A stretch of 64,000 nt of DNA. Origin: Octopus sinensis (taxonomy: Eukaryota). Of this stretch, positions 1 through 12,140 are shown piece after piece. The notes below the pieces were generated by a model, which was not told the DNA's origin, searched no databases, and saw nothing but the letters and a program-made list of their open reading frames with translations. Numbering within the stretch: position 1 is the stretch's first letter; the number at the start of each line of letters is the position of its first letter. Location of the stretch: assembly GCF_006345805.1 (NCBI RefSeq), contig NC_043001.1, positions 23,126,001 through 23,190,000 of the forward strand, in the 5' to 3' direction. The position numbers and the translations under genes are program-made.

Positions 1-1094
1 ATTTGTGTGTGTGTATTTGTCCCACTGCAACTGTTTGACAACTGGCAGTTTCTGTACATTCACATAAAGTAGCAGTTTGGCAACAGAGAGTAGGAAAATA
101 TGAGTAGAAACCACGTAAAAAGCAGCCATGCTGGTACCACATAGACATCGTGCATGCCAGTACCATGAAAAAGCAACCATGTCGGCACCATATAAAAAGC
201 ACCTACTTTGCACCATGTAAAAGTTGACCTTGGCCAGGGCCAGATTTATAGGGGTGTGGAGGGGGCAATTGCCTCAGGCATCTAGGTATTTGTGTGGGGG
301 GTGGGGTTGCTAGGAAAGGTATATAGAAATCAATACAGGAAGACCAACCACCTCTCAGTAATCAGGTATGATGAGGCTCTCTTTCAATATACAAAGGTTT
401 CTTGACTTCTTAAAAAATGGAATGGATTCTCTTTCATGATAAATACCCATAGATTTTTGCAACTGCAGAGACACCAAATAAGCCAATTAAAACACAACTT
501 ACCCAGTCCCAAAGCACTTACAATTTCCCTTTCGGAATTGTAGCTGTTTTGGGGACAACAGATAAAAGGGAAACAACAGAACACTCCTGAATGTGTGTGT
601 GATTGTGTGCGTGTGTGTATGTGTGTGCATGTGTGTGTGTATGTATGTATGTATCTGTGAGTATAAAGAAATTTTTCCTCAAAATATTTGGATAATTTTT
701 AGCAAAAAAGCTATAAAGAATATTTTATGTTGAGTTTTTAGACTTACTGGTGTTTCATTATTTTCATATTATGAGCTATTTTATCTTCCTCATCTTTCAT
801 TTGACCAAGATATTTTAAATTTTGTTGCATTTCTGATGTCTAAGGATGGATGTATGACTATTTTTTCAAAATTAATTCTGGGGAACTGGAAGGGCATATT
901 TACTGTGTCATGTCTTACCCATTTTTCCCTGCCTAAATTTGTCTTTTATATGCTCAAATAGAATAGTGATAATTTTCTGAAATAGTGTTCTGAATATGTT
1001 ATAGGCTTTACTGCATTTAGAGAAGATCTTTACTTCGCTGATATAGTTTTCGCAAGGTAGTGAACATTTGTAAAAAATATATTGCATTTAATGA

Positions 1095-2824
1095 TACTGC
1101 AGAAATACTTGGAGACACCACTACAAAAGGTTGCTAAATGAAGAGAATGAATGGGAGAAAACGAGTCAGCAAAATGTTGATTCAATAGTAGGACCAGCTA
1201 TTCAAATTGACAGTACCTTGGTAGATAAAGCAATTACGGGTATGAAGACAGGGAAAGCCCCTGGCCCATCAGGAATCCTTGCCGAGATGCTCAAAATATC
1301 TGGCAGTGTAGACTATAGTCTAGTCACCCGTATAGGCAACCAGGTGATACATGAAGGAGACATACCCAATGACTGGTGTAGCAGCACCATAGTCAACTGC
1401 TACAAAGGTAAAGGTTATGCATTAGATAGGAATAATTACAAAGGTATCAAATTGTTGGATCAGGTGTTGAAAGTCACAGAGAGGGTGATAACCCAACTAA
1501 ATAGGGAGAAAATTAGTTTAGATGAGATGAAGTTTGGGTTTGTGCCAGGGAAAAGTACCACTGATGCTATGTGTCTGATAAGACAGCTACAGGAGAAATT
1601 CCCAGCCAAAGATAAACCTCTGTACTTGGCTTTCATTGACATGGAGAAAACCTTTGACAGGGTTCCACGATCCCTTATTTGGTAGTCAATGCAGAAACTA
1701 GGAACAGATAGTGGTTGGTGAGAGCTGTACAAGCCATGGACAGGGATGGTGTGGAGTAAGGTTAGGGTTGGCAATGAGTATGGTGAAGAATTCTGGGTAG
1801 GAGTCCAACAAGGATCAGTCCTCAGCCCCCTCTTATTCATCATTGTCCTCCAGGCAATAATAGAGGAATTGAAAACAGGCTGCCTCTGGGAGCTACTCTA
1901 TGCTGATGACCTTGCTCTGATAGCTGAGTCACTACCAGAACTAGTGAGGTTTCAGGTGAGGAAGCAAGGTCTAGAAACGAAGGCCCTTAAAGTCAATCTA
2001 GCAAAAACAAAAGTCTTAATAAGTAGGAAGGCAGACAAATCACAAATCCCTTCAGGTAGATGGCCCTGCTTTATCTGTAGAAACTCCATAAGATGTACCT
2101 GGGGTAAGCTATGGATACATAACAGGTGCAGCAATACCAAAGGAAAGTTAACTGAGAAGATAGTTTTTGTGTGTGGCAGATGCACAGGAGTAATAAACAC
2201 TAAAGATGTACAGAAAGCAGATTCCATCACATGTCAGGGGGAAAAACTAAAAGTAGTTGAAAGCTTCTGTTACCTAGATGACCAAGTCAGTAGTGGGGGT
2301 GGACGCTCTGAGAGCATAGCTACTAGAATAAGAATAGCCTGGGAAAAGTTCAGAGAGCTCCTATCTCTGCTGGTAACAAAGGGCCTCTCGTTCAGAGTGA
2401 AAGGTAGACTGCATGATGCATGTGTGTGAACAGCCATGCTACATGGCAGTAAAACATGGGCTGTGACTGCTGAGGACATGTGTAGGCTTGAAAGACATGA
2501 AGCTAGTATGCTCCATTGGATGAGTAATGTCAGTCTGCATACACGACAAAGTGAAAGTGCCCTGAGTCAAAAGTTAGACATAAGAAGCATCAGATGTATT
2601 GTGCAAAAGAGACTACTGCGCTAGTATAGTCATGTGTTGCATATGGATGAGGACAGCTGTGTGAAGAAGTGTCACACCCTAACAGTGGAGGGAACCTGTG
2701 GAAGAGGTAGACCCAGGAACACATGTGATGAGGTGGTGAAGCAAGACTGTCAGACATTGGGGCTCACAAACCATTGAACCCATGCCAGCATGGAAAGCCG
2801 AAGTTAAACAATGATGATGATGAT
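1095..2824 (+). mobile_element. 5'-truncated RTE-clade LINE (RT, 3' end, (GAT)n tail), with stops and frameshifts
   Basis: ORFs 1131-1685 and 1746-2429 carry GKAPGPSG, FGFVPGKSTTDA, FIDMEKTFDRVPR, QQGSVLSPLLF and LLYADDL; ends gttaaacaatgatgatgatgat. Confidence 0.93.
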
Positions 2825-5800
2825 ATTTACTTCAAAGTCAAAAATGCAGTAATTATTACTCATTGTGCCCCACCTACACTTACTGGAAACTGGAAAAGCA
2901 GACTTTTGGAAATAGGTGTTTGAATTTCTCGGTTTTTGTCTCTACCCATGGTCCCACCCACAATCATCATACCTTTGGAACAACAAATGATTTTTTTCTT
3001 TTTCATAATTTTCTGTCATTTTATCTTATTTTACCAGGTGGTGCTATTAAGTTAGACATGGCCTGGGCCTATACTGGCCAAAAGTTATCAAAGTTACATT
3101 CTGAAACATATGTAACTCACATTAAAAGAAAAAAACTCTTACCCCACTCTTTTCTCCTTCATTGTACTTTTCAAAATGAAGGAAAAGTCAAACATTGCAA
3201 GTGGATGTGTGAACAACAAAATTTGAATTCTGAAAAACTGTATCTATAAAGCGACATTTTCAGTCATTTATTTTCAGTTTCTCCACTAACTCATGAAATT
3301 CAATTATTTGAAATAGATGGGTTTTGAGATTTAAATATGGTAATTTTCTAAGATTTCAATTCTTGTGTATAAGGAGCCCACTGAACATGAAGTGCCGTGC
3401 CCCCCTCCTCCCCCCTGCACCACCTCCACCATGGTTTAAATCCAGTCTTGACCTCGGTAGTATTTGAACTCAGAATGTAAAAAAGCAGAAAAAATATCAC
3501 GAAGCATCTCGTCCGGTGCAATAACAATTCTGCCCACTTGCAACTCTATTATATAACATAATGACGAAGATAATTTCTAATTTTTGCGAATTACTACCAG
3601 CTCACAAAAGAAATTTAAAAATCTGATTTCACATAACCTCAGTATATATGAACATTCTTTGTGGCTGTCGTTTAATACATTCTCATCTTTCAGTTTAGAG
3701 CAGCAAATATCAGAACTATACTTTAATCAGTCTGTTTCTTAATTCAGTTGAAAGCATGCCAAAATTTTTTAATGCATTCTCTCCAAAGTCCTAGGTAACA
3801 TGCTACAAATAGGAAGTCCTTTTAGATAATATCTTTGATGGCAACATTTCAGAATGCATAGATCTTCTATCAGTCAATGCTGATCATATATCTACAATAT
3901 ATACGTGTAGGTTTGAGCAAGTGTTCTTGAAAATAAAACTAGCAATTGCCCATGCATGCAAGTCGATCCATACAACTAGTGTTTATCCAAAAGAAAGATT
4001 GCTTATTTTGGCCAATACAGCTTGGAACCAGTTCCAATGCAGGCATTGCTATCAAAACACAAAAAAGTTTATACAGATTCCACAAGAATTTCACCCAATT
4101 GTCTAACACTTTCACCAAGTCATCTTCCTCGATTGATGCTTCTTTATTGGTCCCAAAAGAATGAAAGGCTAAGTTGACCTAGGTGGGATTTGAACTCACA
4201 GTGCAGAGAGTCAGAATAGATACTGTGAGGAATCCTAGCCAACATGGAATACCTCTGCCAATGTGCAGCAAGAGATAAAAGAGAATGGTAAGATGTTAAA
4301 AATAAACTTACAATTTTAAATCAGTCTTTCAAAACTAAAACAAAAAAATATAAAATATATTAAATGTATAAATATATTTTTAAAATATATAAAAATTGCC
4401 ATCTGTGTATCATACAAAATGTATAATACTGTTTGTTAGAAAGTATGAAGGTGAGGACTTGTCTGAGATAAAATCTCTTCACAAACTTGTTGCATTAAAA
4501 TCACAACTTATATCACCACAGTGGCTCACAAGAACTAGACACATTTCATCTTTGTTGAGCTTCTCAATGCTAGGCACCTACGTAAACAACACACATATAA
4601 AGGCAGGCATGGCTGTGTGGTAAGAAGCTTTCTTCCCAACCACATGGTTCCAGGTTCAGTCCACTATGTGGCACCTTGGGCAAGTGTCTTCTACTTTAAC
4701 CTAGGGTGGAAACTGAAAGAAGCCTATCATATATATACACACACACACACACTTCCTCTAAATATAATTGGAAACAAATTTGTTACTCACCAATTAAAAT
4801 CATTTGAATCATTCTCAGCCGCAAGCCAGAAGTACAAGTAGAAAGCCATATAGATAAAAGTAATCAGGAGAATTACTAGTATGATTAAGTCTTTCTGCAA
4901 CAAAGACAAAATAATAACATTGTGATTAGTACTTAAATGAATGGTAACAGCACAAGATTAGAAGCTGACTGAAAGTTTACTCTTTACAATAAAACAATTA
5001 CAGAAACAATAATATTAAATTAATCATATTAAAATATTTTTTAAAATTATAAAAATTATAGGCAGGAACCAATAACATGCATGGGATAACTTTCAGATAT
5101 AATTCTTCTAAACAACAACAACAAATGTAAATCATTTCAGAAGGAAAGAAAATTGATTTTATTATATTGATTTATAACAGGCACGTGGCCACACATTTTG
5201 AAGGGAGAAGCAGACCATCATTTCAACCCAGTGCTTGCATGGAAATTGTGTTATCAAATCCTGAATGATGAAAGATACATTTGCTCTCAGTGAGATTTAG
5301 ACTCAAAATGTAAAGAAGCATAACTATGTTACTTACCTGTGTGCAAATTGCACCCCTAATTTAGTGTTAAACCTTGGTACAAAGGTTGCATAGAGTATTA
5401 GTTTTAGCTTTGCCCCTCGTATATGTAGGACCCCGGATTTATTTTAGCATAAAATAGTGCAAATTATATATGGGTAAATACAATAATTACTACATGGCAT
5501 TTCATTCTATTGATTTTATAATATATTCATTTCTAACATTGACAGAAGGCCTCATATTTTGGAGGAAAGGTTATCATCACTTAAATCAACTGCAGTACTT
5601 ATCTGCTAGTTTATTTTATAAAACCTGAAAGAAAGAAAGACAAAGTTAGCCTCAGTAAAATTTGAGCACCGGATGTATAGAGATGCAACTAAATATCATA
5701 CAGCATTTTGGCTACCCTTCTTCTAATTCTGCTAAGACAAAACTAATCAAGAATAAACTTTTGCTTTGAAGGATTGACAGAATTATCAAGAGAGCAATCC

Positions 5801-6714
5801 GTATGTTTTTGGCCACATGACAAAGGAAAAGTATAGGGAGAAAATTACTTCCTTATATCAAGTGGAATTTAACTGAAGAAAGCATAAAGTTAATAAAGAA
5901 ATAAAGGTTATCACATTGTAGTGAGTGAAAAAGAATATTTGAGAAGAATGTCCTTAACAGTAATGACAAATATTATCAAGAAGAGTAAGGGAGAGAACTC
6001 TGAGATTTAAATGGACAAAAAATGAATGGACGACATGCAGTCAAGAGTGTCTGATCTTTGGCAGTTACAGTGTCAACACCACATTTATTTCAATCTCAGT
6101 AGACTATTACTTCAGTGTAGTCTAATACATAACTTCCAGAGCTTAAATTTACTTTGAAAGCATAGTCTAACATGTAACTTCCAGAGCTTAGATTTACTTT
6201 GTGTGAATATTATCCATTATTAGGTAATTTAAATTACTGAAATTTATTAATTAGTTCTGTATGTAGATATGTGTATGGATGTGTGGTGCTTGTTTGTAAA
6301 AGTTCTTAGTTATATCAAATTTCTTGAAGGAATAAATGTATTTCACAGCTATTAACTACATCTATTTAATCTATAGCTGTTATCTAGATCTACTTAATCT
6401 ATGTTATATAAACTAAGCTTACTTTCCAAAATGAAGAAATGGAAGAGTTCTGCTGTTCAATTTAGCGGAAGATATTAAGTTAACAGTGATATTGGCTGAC
6501 CAACTTAACTACCTCCCTAGATACATACATACTACGTCTCTCTCTCACTTTTTCTCTTTCCGTCCCTGTATGTACGTGTGTGTGTTTGTGTGTGTATGTG
6601 TATATCTGACAATATATATATATATACCTACATATATATATGTTTATGAATTTGTATTGCATGATTCCTGGTGTGAAGTCATGTGTTGAAACAGATATTG
6701 TATTTCGGGACGGT

Positions 6715-6885
6715 CTCTTTCTTTCTCTTTTTTGCCAAATAAACATACGCACTATGTTCGTTCTTCACTCATTTATCACTGTTCTTATTCTAACTCATGT
6801 CCATTGTCTGGAAATCTTTTGTCACACATCTGTGGCCTCCTCAGTGACATTTTCCATCTTCGTGAGTGCTCTTGCTCTGCTTATT
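6715..6885 (-). mobile_element. Probable Penelope-like terminal fragment with a decayed hammerhead-like motif
   Basis: Minus strand reads CTGAGGA-ggccaca-gatg-tgtgac-AAAA-gattt (GAAA changed to AAAA; one stem II mismatch). Confidence 0.35.
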
Positions 6886-6894
6886 CCATATATA

Positions 6895-7512
6895 TCTATC
6901 TGTAGTGTGCAAGAGAGACAACTGCGCTGGTATGGTTATGCATTATGTGTGGAAGAGGACAGATGTGTGTAAAAGTGTCACACCCTAACAGTGGAGGGAA
7001 CCTGTGGAAGAGGTGGACCCAGAAAGACCTAGGATGAGGTGGTGGACGACCTTCGAATGCTGGGCCTAATGGAGGCAATGACAGGTGACTGAGACCTTTG
7101 GAGATCTGCTGTGCTTGAGAAGACCCCGCAAGCCAAGGGAGACTGTAGCCATGGCCTATACCAGTGTCGCATAACCAGGCCATTTAAGAGTACCTTTTAA
7201 TCAGTGGGCAATATGGTGTGCTTAAGACCTGTTGAATCAGGTGAAATCATTGTCGTGGCCAATACCAGTGCCGCCTGATTGGCACCCATGCAGGTGGCAC
7301 ATAAAAAGCACAATTCGAGCATGGCTGTTGCCAGTGCCACCAGCACATAAAAAGTACTCGTTACACTCTCAGAGTGGTTGGCATTAGGAAGGGCATCCAG
7401 CTGTAGAAACATTGCCAGATCAGATTGGAGCCTGGTGCAGCCACCTGGTTTGCTAGTCCTCAGTCAAACCGTCCAACCCATCCAGCATGGAAAGCAGACA
7501 TTAAATCATGAT
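6895..7512 (+). mobile_element. RTE LINE 3' fragment (ORF end and 3'UTR)
   Basis: VQERQLRWYGYALCVEEDRCV, then a GRGGPRKT-like segment and the shared 3'UTR (gttggcattaggaagggcatccagctgtagaaac) ending atgatgat. Confidence 0.88.
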
Positions 7513-7846
7513 GATATACACACACACACACATGTATATATGATTATACAATGATGTATGTGTGATTGTATGCATGTGTTTGATTACATGTGACAATATA
7601 TATATATATATATAAATATATAGTCATCTAAGAATACATAAGTCAGAAAAAACAAGCACTCATATATTAATAGACTTGCTATATTAATACATACGCTATA
7701 CAGTATTATAGATTCATTTTCATACCCGCTCTTCTGATGAGCACTATCTTAGGCTAAAATCTTTCAATAATACAGTATAGTATAGATATATTTGGGGATG
7801 ATCATTTTGCCAATAAACACACACACACTATTTATTTGATCTTCGC

Positions 7847-7879
<33 letters not shown>

Positions 7880-7880
<1 letters not shown>

Positions 7881-8356
7881 TATGTTTGACTTTTGCTTTA
7901 TATTTGTACAAGTTGGCTCCAAGTCTCAACCAGAGACCTCAAGAGACAACATGTTGGAAGTTCATGTTGCTGTTATGTCTAGTGTGCCATATATTTGGGG
8001 GGTTTTTTTGGTGTTGTACTAGTGAATGTCTAAAAATTAAAAAAATTAAAAAAACGAAAATTATGTTTGTTTTAAACCTTGAGATTACATAGAAAGTATT
8101 TTGTGTAGGATATGAGCAGTTCCCATGAGCACTATCTTTTGAATTTCTACCATTTTGGGGTTTCCTAGTATCTGAGTTAGGTAGCAATCAGCCCCTTTTG
8201 CTATCATTCCCAGGGAACCTATGACAACAGGTATTGTTTTAGTCTTCAGGTTCCACATTTTGCTGATTTCTAATTCAAGATCTTTATATTTGCTCAGTTT
8301 TTGGTAGGTCTTGACAGATACATTTATATCGATTGGGACAGTCATATCAATGAGGA
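7880..8356 (-). mobile_element. 5'-truncated RLE-type non-LTR retrotransposon (R4/Dong/HERO-like) inside a (TAA)n tract
   Basis: ORF 8085-8345 VPIDINVSVKTYQKLSKYKDLELEISKMW..PVVIGSLG..QKIVLMGTAHILHKIL is a typical restriction-like endonuclease C-terminus; (TTA)n at 7848-7879 and about 8357-8387. Confidence 0.85.
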
Positions 8357-8699
8357 ATTATTATTATTATTATTATTATTTATTATTAATTTATTTGTCA
8401 GAGTTCTTTTCCTCGCACATTCTGTAACTTCTTCAGTGACTACCTTTTCTTCATGTTTCCTCTTCTCTCTGGTCTTGTCCTGTTTATCCCATTTTGTCTT
8501 TTGTTATGTATCCTTATTTGTACGTGTTTGCATCTGCATCTGTGTATGTGTCTGTATCTGTGTGTGTGTGTGTGTGCGTGTGTGTGTGTGTGTGCGCATC
8601 TGTTTAGTATGCAAATGTGAGTCTTGTGTACATGTATACGGCTTTGTAAATTACACTATGTCATTTGTTTTCTTATTGTGTCTTCAGTAGTCAAATTGC

Positions 8700-9075
8700 A
8701 GGGTTTTGAGGCTCAACCTATTTTCTATTATGTGTGTGGTTTCTGCAATCTGAATTGACCCTAGTACTTACTTTTTTAAAGCCTGATACTTACTGTCAGA
8801 TTCTTTTGCTAAACAGTTACATTACAAAGGACGTAAACACACCAACACTAGTTGTCAAGCAATGGCAGAGAACAAACACAAACACATACAACAGCGTTCT
8901 TTCAGTTTCCATCTACCAAATCCACCATTCATTCACAAGGCTTTGATCAGTCCAAAGTTATAATAGAAACCACCTGCCCAATGTGCCACATGAAGAGACT
9001 GAACCCAGAACCATGTGGCTGGGAAGCAAACCTTTTATCACACAGCTTCACCTGCACCTATGTATGTGTGTCTGT
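8700..9075 (-). mobile_element. Abundant tRNA-derived SINE with a central CA/TA microsatellite. Related copies at about 1-90, 4600-4750, 11250-11420, 15250-15610, 16050-16375, 34750-35130, 43170-43345 plus 45375-45590, 56100-56500 and 58870-59260
   Basis: Shared blocks such as ggttcagtcccact..ggcacctt(g)ggcaagtg, ggtagatggaaactgaaagaa and aatgactgaaacaagtaaaag recur across copies. Confidence 0.8.
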
Positions 9076-9423
9076 GTGTGTAAATAGGGAAACAGTTTTT
9101 CTTTCAAACGTGATTGTTTTTTTAAAGCAGAACTATCTTCGTGTTTGTTAGTTTGTTTTAAAGACTTTTCATGTTTCCTTCTTAGTTCTTTATGTTTGGT
9201 TTGAAACAATATCCTTCTTACATTCCTTATATATTAGTCTCCTCTTGCAGTCCTGATGCCTTGTACTTTGAAATGGAAATATAACTTAACAGGTTACATA
9301 ACAGATTCATTTGAAAGTGAAACATATTATTAATCTAGGATAAATGGATAATAAGCAGGATTTGAGACACTAACCCTCTGGGTCAAACTTTTCACTGAAA
9401 GAAAAAGGATTTTACTATCACTG

Positions 9424-9465
<42 letters not shown>

Positions 9466-9480
9466 TCTTGATATGAGATC

Positions 9481-9840
9481 AAAAATCAAATCAAATCAAA
9501 ATTGATGAACATCAATGGAATTTGTATTTTTGTGGTACCAGTGCCAAACGTGGCCGTGGCCAGTACCACATCGACTGGCCTCTGTGCTGTGGGCACGTAA
9601 TAAACACCATCCGAGCGTGGCCGTTCGTCAGCCTCGTCTGACACCTGAGTCGGTGGCACATAAAAAGCACCCACTACACTCACGGAGTGGTTGGCGTTAG
9701 GAAGGGCATCCAGCTGTAGAAACACTGCCAGATCTGACTGGCCTGGTGCAGCCTTCGGGCTTCCCAGACCCCAGTTGAACCGTCCAACCCATGCTAGCAT
9801 GGAAAGCGGACGTTAAACGATGATGATGATGATGATGATG
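9481..9840 (+). mobile_element. RTE 3'UTR-only insertion with (GAT)n tail and 8-bp TSD. The same UTR occurs at about 23390-23570 (+), 25620-25975 (-), 26022-26270 (-) and 58562-58718 (+)
   Basis: atgagatc at 9473-9480 and 9838-9845; sequence matches the 3'UTR of the coding RTE copies. Confidence 0.85.
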
Positions 9841-10208
9841 AGATCACTATGTTGTGCACATATGGTTGTGATGCATGTACCTGGTGTACCATTATCAGAC
9901 AGGTAGTCATGATGAGTATACTGGGCTTCGTATAATTTACCCCCATGTCACTTTAATGGCATGCACTGCTCTCTCACTCAATAATAATATAATAATAATA
10001 ATAATAATAATAAAATGATGATATCATCAGTAACTGATATCATCAATATTTTAAAGTACATTTTTCTATGGTGGCATGGATACCAATTTTTTAATGTCTG
10101 TGTATTTTTATGCACAAACGTATTTTTTTAATCTACAGACATAGAAACAAACATATATTAAATGTAGTTCATATTGGCAAAAATTGCAAAATAATCAATA
10201 CATGCCTT

Positions 10209-10433
10209 TTAACCATTTTGATAGCAACCTGTCTAAGACTATCTCTGGTTCTACACACTCCCTATTTTAAAGTGATCTAAATTAATACCTCCCATCAAAA
10301 TTTATGTTAATTTATTTTCTAAACACCAGCTCAATAACAACATAGTTATTTTACTGAATTCTTCATTACTTTCAAAATTAACTGAAAACAAATGCAGCGT
10401 ATTTCAACAGAAATATGGTAACAAAAAGATTAA
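10209..10433. mobile_element. TTAA-flanked MITE (piggyBac-like); second copy at 14500-14727
   Basis: ttaa at both ends, degenerate inverted termini (ccattttgatagc / gtaacaaaaagat) and a shared internal sequence (caacctgt.taaga.t..c.ctggttctaca). Confidence 0.6.
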
Positions 10434-11839
10434 AGCAACTTGTCTTTACAGACATTTCATCATTGCACACAGTGATAATTTAGAGAGACAGGTCTTTCAT
10501 TTAAAACACAGTAATCATGCAAAAATAAGAAGTACACATGCATGAATACACACACACACACACAAAATACAATGTAAGATTGTTGAAGCAATAAACAAAT
10601 TTAGGCTTGCCAACATTAAACAAAAAGCCATGGAAAGCAAACTTTGCCTGTATAATGACATCCAGCATGCATATTGGGGTAACTAAAACAAAGACCTTCA
10701 TGTAATGTTTGTTGCCTACAAAAAAAATCTCTAATTTTCTGCTACTATCTAGTGATCACTTTTGTTCCAGATAATTTCTGAATAAACCATGAAATGTAAG
10801 ATATTCATCATATTTATGTAGAAAGAAAAAAGGCAAATTTTGGCTCAGTTACGAATAATATTTTAATTACTTCAGCAAGCAAGTATGGGAGCTAACTCCA
10901 CACATATTTCAGTCTTATTAGACCTCCTCAATAAAGCATGAACTTCACTGTTCTTATTTAAATAGTGATAAAAGAAACACTCAGCAGGTATATAGTATAT
11001 ATATGAGTAAGCATAAAAAAATTAGGTCGTCATTATCATCATTGGTTAACACCTACTTTTCCTTGTTTGCATGAGTTAGATGGAATTCACTGAGGAAGAT
11101 TTTTTATAGCTGGATACCCTTCCTGCCATCAATCCTCACCAGTTTCCAAGCAAAGTATTATTTTCCTCATGACCAGACATGTTTTCATGGAAGATTGGAA
11201 ACAAAGGAAATGGCTTGTATTCACAACTATCAAATGATATCAAAGAAAGGAAACACACACACACACACACAGCAAGCTACTTTCAGTTTCCATCTATCAA
11301 ATCCACTTACAAGATGGTTGGCTGAGGTCTATAGTAAAAGATCCTTGTCCAAGATTCCATACAATGGGACTGAACCCAAAACTAGATTATAGACAAGTAA
11401 TCTTCTTAACCACACAGCCATGAATTGTACCATTAAAAAAAATCACTCATCTTAATTACACAGTGACTTAATCTGCATGAAAAATAATAATTAAGTTAGT
11501 GTAAGCATATTTAATATAGGGAACCTCAAAAACTGACTCCCATATTTACTAAAATGATTAAAACTCATCACATAATTATAACTAATTAGATTCTTGACAC
11601 TCATTGTATTAAATATATTAACACAAATTTAACTATCATTCTTACTGTGCATTGGAATTTCTGAATAATTAATCTTAGTTATATATTTTGTCTCGATATT
11701 TCATACAGTTTACTTTTCTTCAGAAAGCCTTTATCACAGAAGTAACTGTTCTCTAAATATCTTCAACTAGCCAAAAAAACTGTACACAATCAAAAATACA
11801 GCGCTACTTTAGTTAACTACGTAATCAAAACCTACCTGT

Positions 11840-12140
11840 TACTACTACTGACTAATCATCAAAACCAAGCCACAGTTGCTCATGATGTTAGCTACAATAC
11901 ATGCAGCTGCACCTGTTGCTCTTTTCTGCTTCCATTAGTTTTACTGGTTGCACAATGCATGCATGCAACAAGGTGATTTCATTGGTGCTATGAAGCCTTA
12001 CAAGCCTCTGCTACTAGCTATTTCTTCAATCCTGGATAAGTTCACCCTAAGACTTTTTTTTAACAAGTTCACACAACAAAGATATGATCTTCTACAATTC
12101 TTCATTTAAGACAGATCAATGGCATCTGAAGTCATCATCT
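11840..12140 (-). mobile_element. Decayed PIF/Harbinger-like transposase remnant
   Basis: One frame reads DAIDLS*MKNCRRSYLCCVNLLKKSLRVNLSRIEEIASSRGL*GFIAPMKSPCCMHALCNQ, resembling the Harbinger RGFPG..DCMHW segment; several stops. Confidence 0.4.

Noticed and set aside
5327-5485. Strong minus-strand donor acag|gtaagt at about 5337
   Set aside because: Falls in the degenerate TIR of a small Tc1/mariner-type MITE
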